A stretch of 64,000 bases of DNA from IMG/VR virus record IMGVR_UViG_3300035494_000066, one strand, 5' to 3'. The position numbers were made by a program, and so were the translations under genes. The DNA is from a virus (Duplodnaviria > Heunggongvirae > Uroviricota > Caudoviricetes). This document shows, in pieces, positions 63,856 through 64,000 of the stretch (position 1 is its first letter; every line of letters begins with the position of its first letter). Below the pieces are notes generated by a model. That model had not been told where the DNA came from and ran no database searches. It was given only the letters and a program-made list of their open reading frames with translations.

Positions 63856-64000
63856 TAAACATCATCTCCGTTGCTGTTGAATATGCCAGAAACAGTTTTT
63901 CTAGTATTATTGTATATAGTAGCAACACCCGAGGATACATTACTAATCAGATTAGAGCCGCGAGAGCCTGATGATACTTGCGGGTTTGATCCTGTAGCAT
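63855..64000 (-). CDS. 3' end of a gene entering from beyond the window (...SSGVATIYNNTRKTVSGIFNSNGDDV*)
   Basis: Frame open from the window edge to TAA at 63855-63857. Confidence 0.55.
   Translation of the reverse strand, partial: ATGSNPQVSSGSRGSNLISNVSSGVATIYNNTRKTVSGIFNSNGDDV

Noticed and set aside
1-64000. Alternative genetic code, tRNA or rRNA genes
   Set aside because: Genes tile densely in code 11, the breaks are explained by inteins or single-base indels, and no cloverleaf or rRNA-like segment was recognisable in the short intergenic gaps by eye (a tRNAscan run would be decisive).

Overview
This 64-kb window is part of a large T4-like myovirus genome, with almost all real genes on the minus strand in the standard genetic code. 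Replication and recombination genes include gp41, gp61, a gp62-like protein, UvsW, UvsY, RecA/UvsX, gp32 and a 192-aa miniature DnaE-like protein. Other core genes are class Ia nrdA/nrdB/glutaredoxin, TerL, a TerS-like protein, gp4, PAAR and a tail spike. Auxiliary genes include UvsE, bS21, ClpS, Hsp20, an amidinotransferase/UDP-sugar dehydrogenase/glycosyltransferase-like block and a radical SAM enzyme. Three essential genes are each invaded by a free-standing homing-endonuclease-like gene and each appears rescued. (1) nrdA is fractured at its catalytic Cys by a conventional split intein (105/33 aa) around an HNH gene whose start is preceded by a hairpin with the late promoter in its loop. 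(2) terL is fractured by an atypical split intein (31/110 aa) around a PD-(D/E)xK endonuclease broken at an A8 run. (3) gene 4 retains a stranded 19-codon 5' stub upstream of an HNH cassette that ends in a diverged replacement 5' end. Several late genes encode large proteins built of small modules separated by [LIV]-x-E/S,A,G sites behind T4-like capsid-targeting N-termini, which suggests protease-processed, head-packaged polyproteins. Also visible are a TAAATA late-promoter motif (three times exactly 5 nt before an ATG), sigma70-type early promoters and a 4x11-nt repeat abutting the gp32 start codon. All family assignments come from motif recognition by eye; no database searches were run. I found no tRNA, rRNA, CRISPR array or group I intron.
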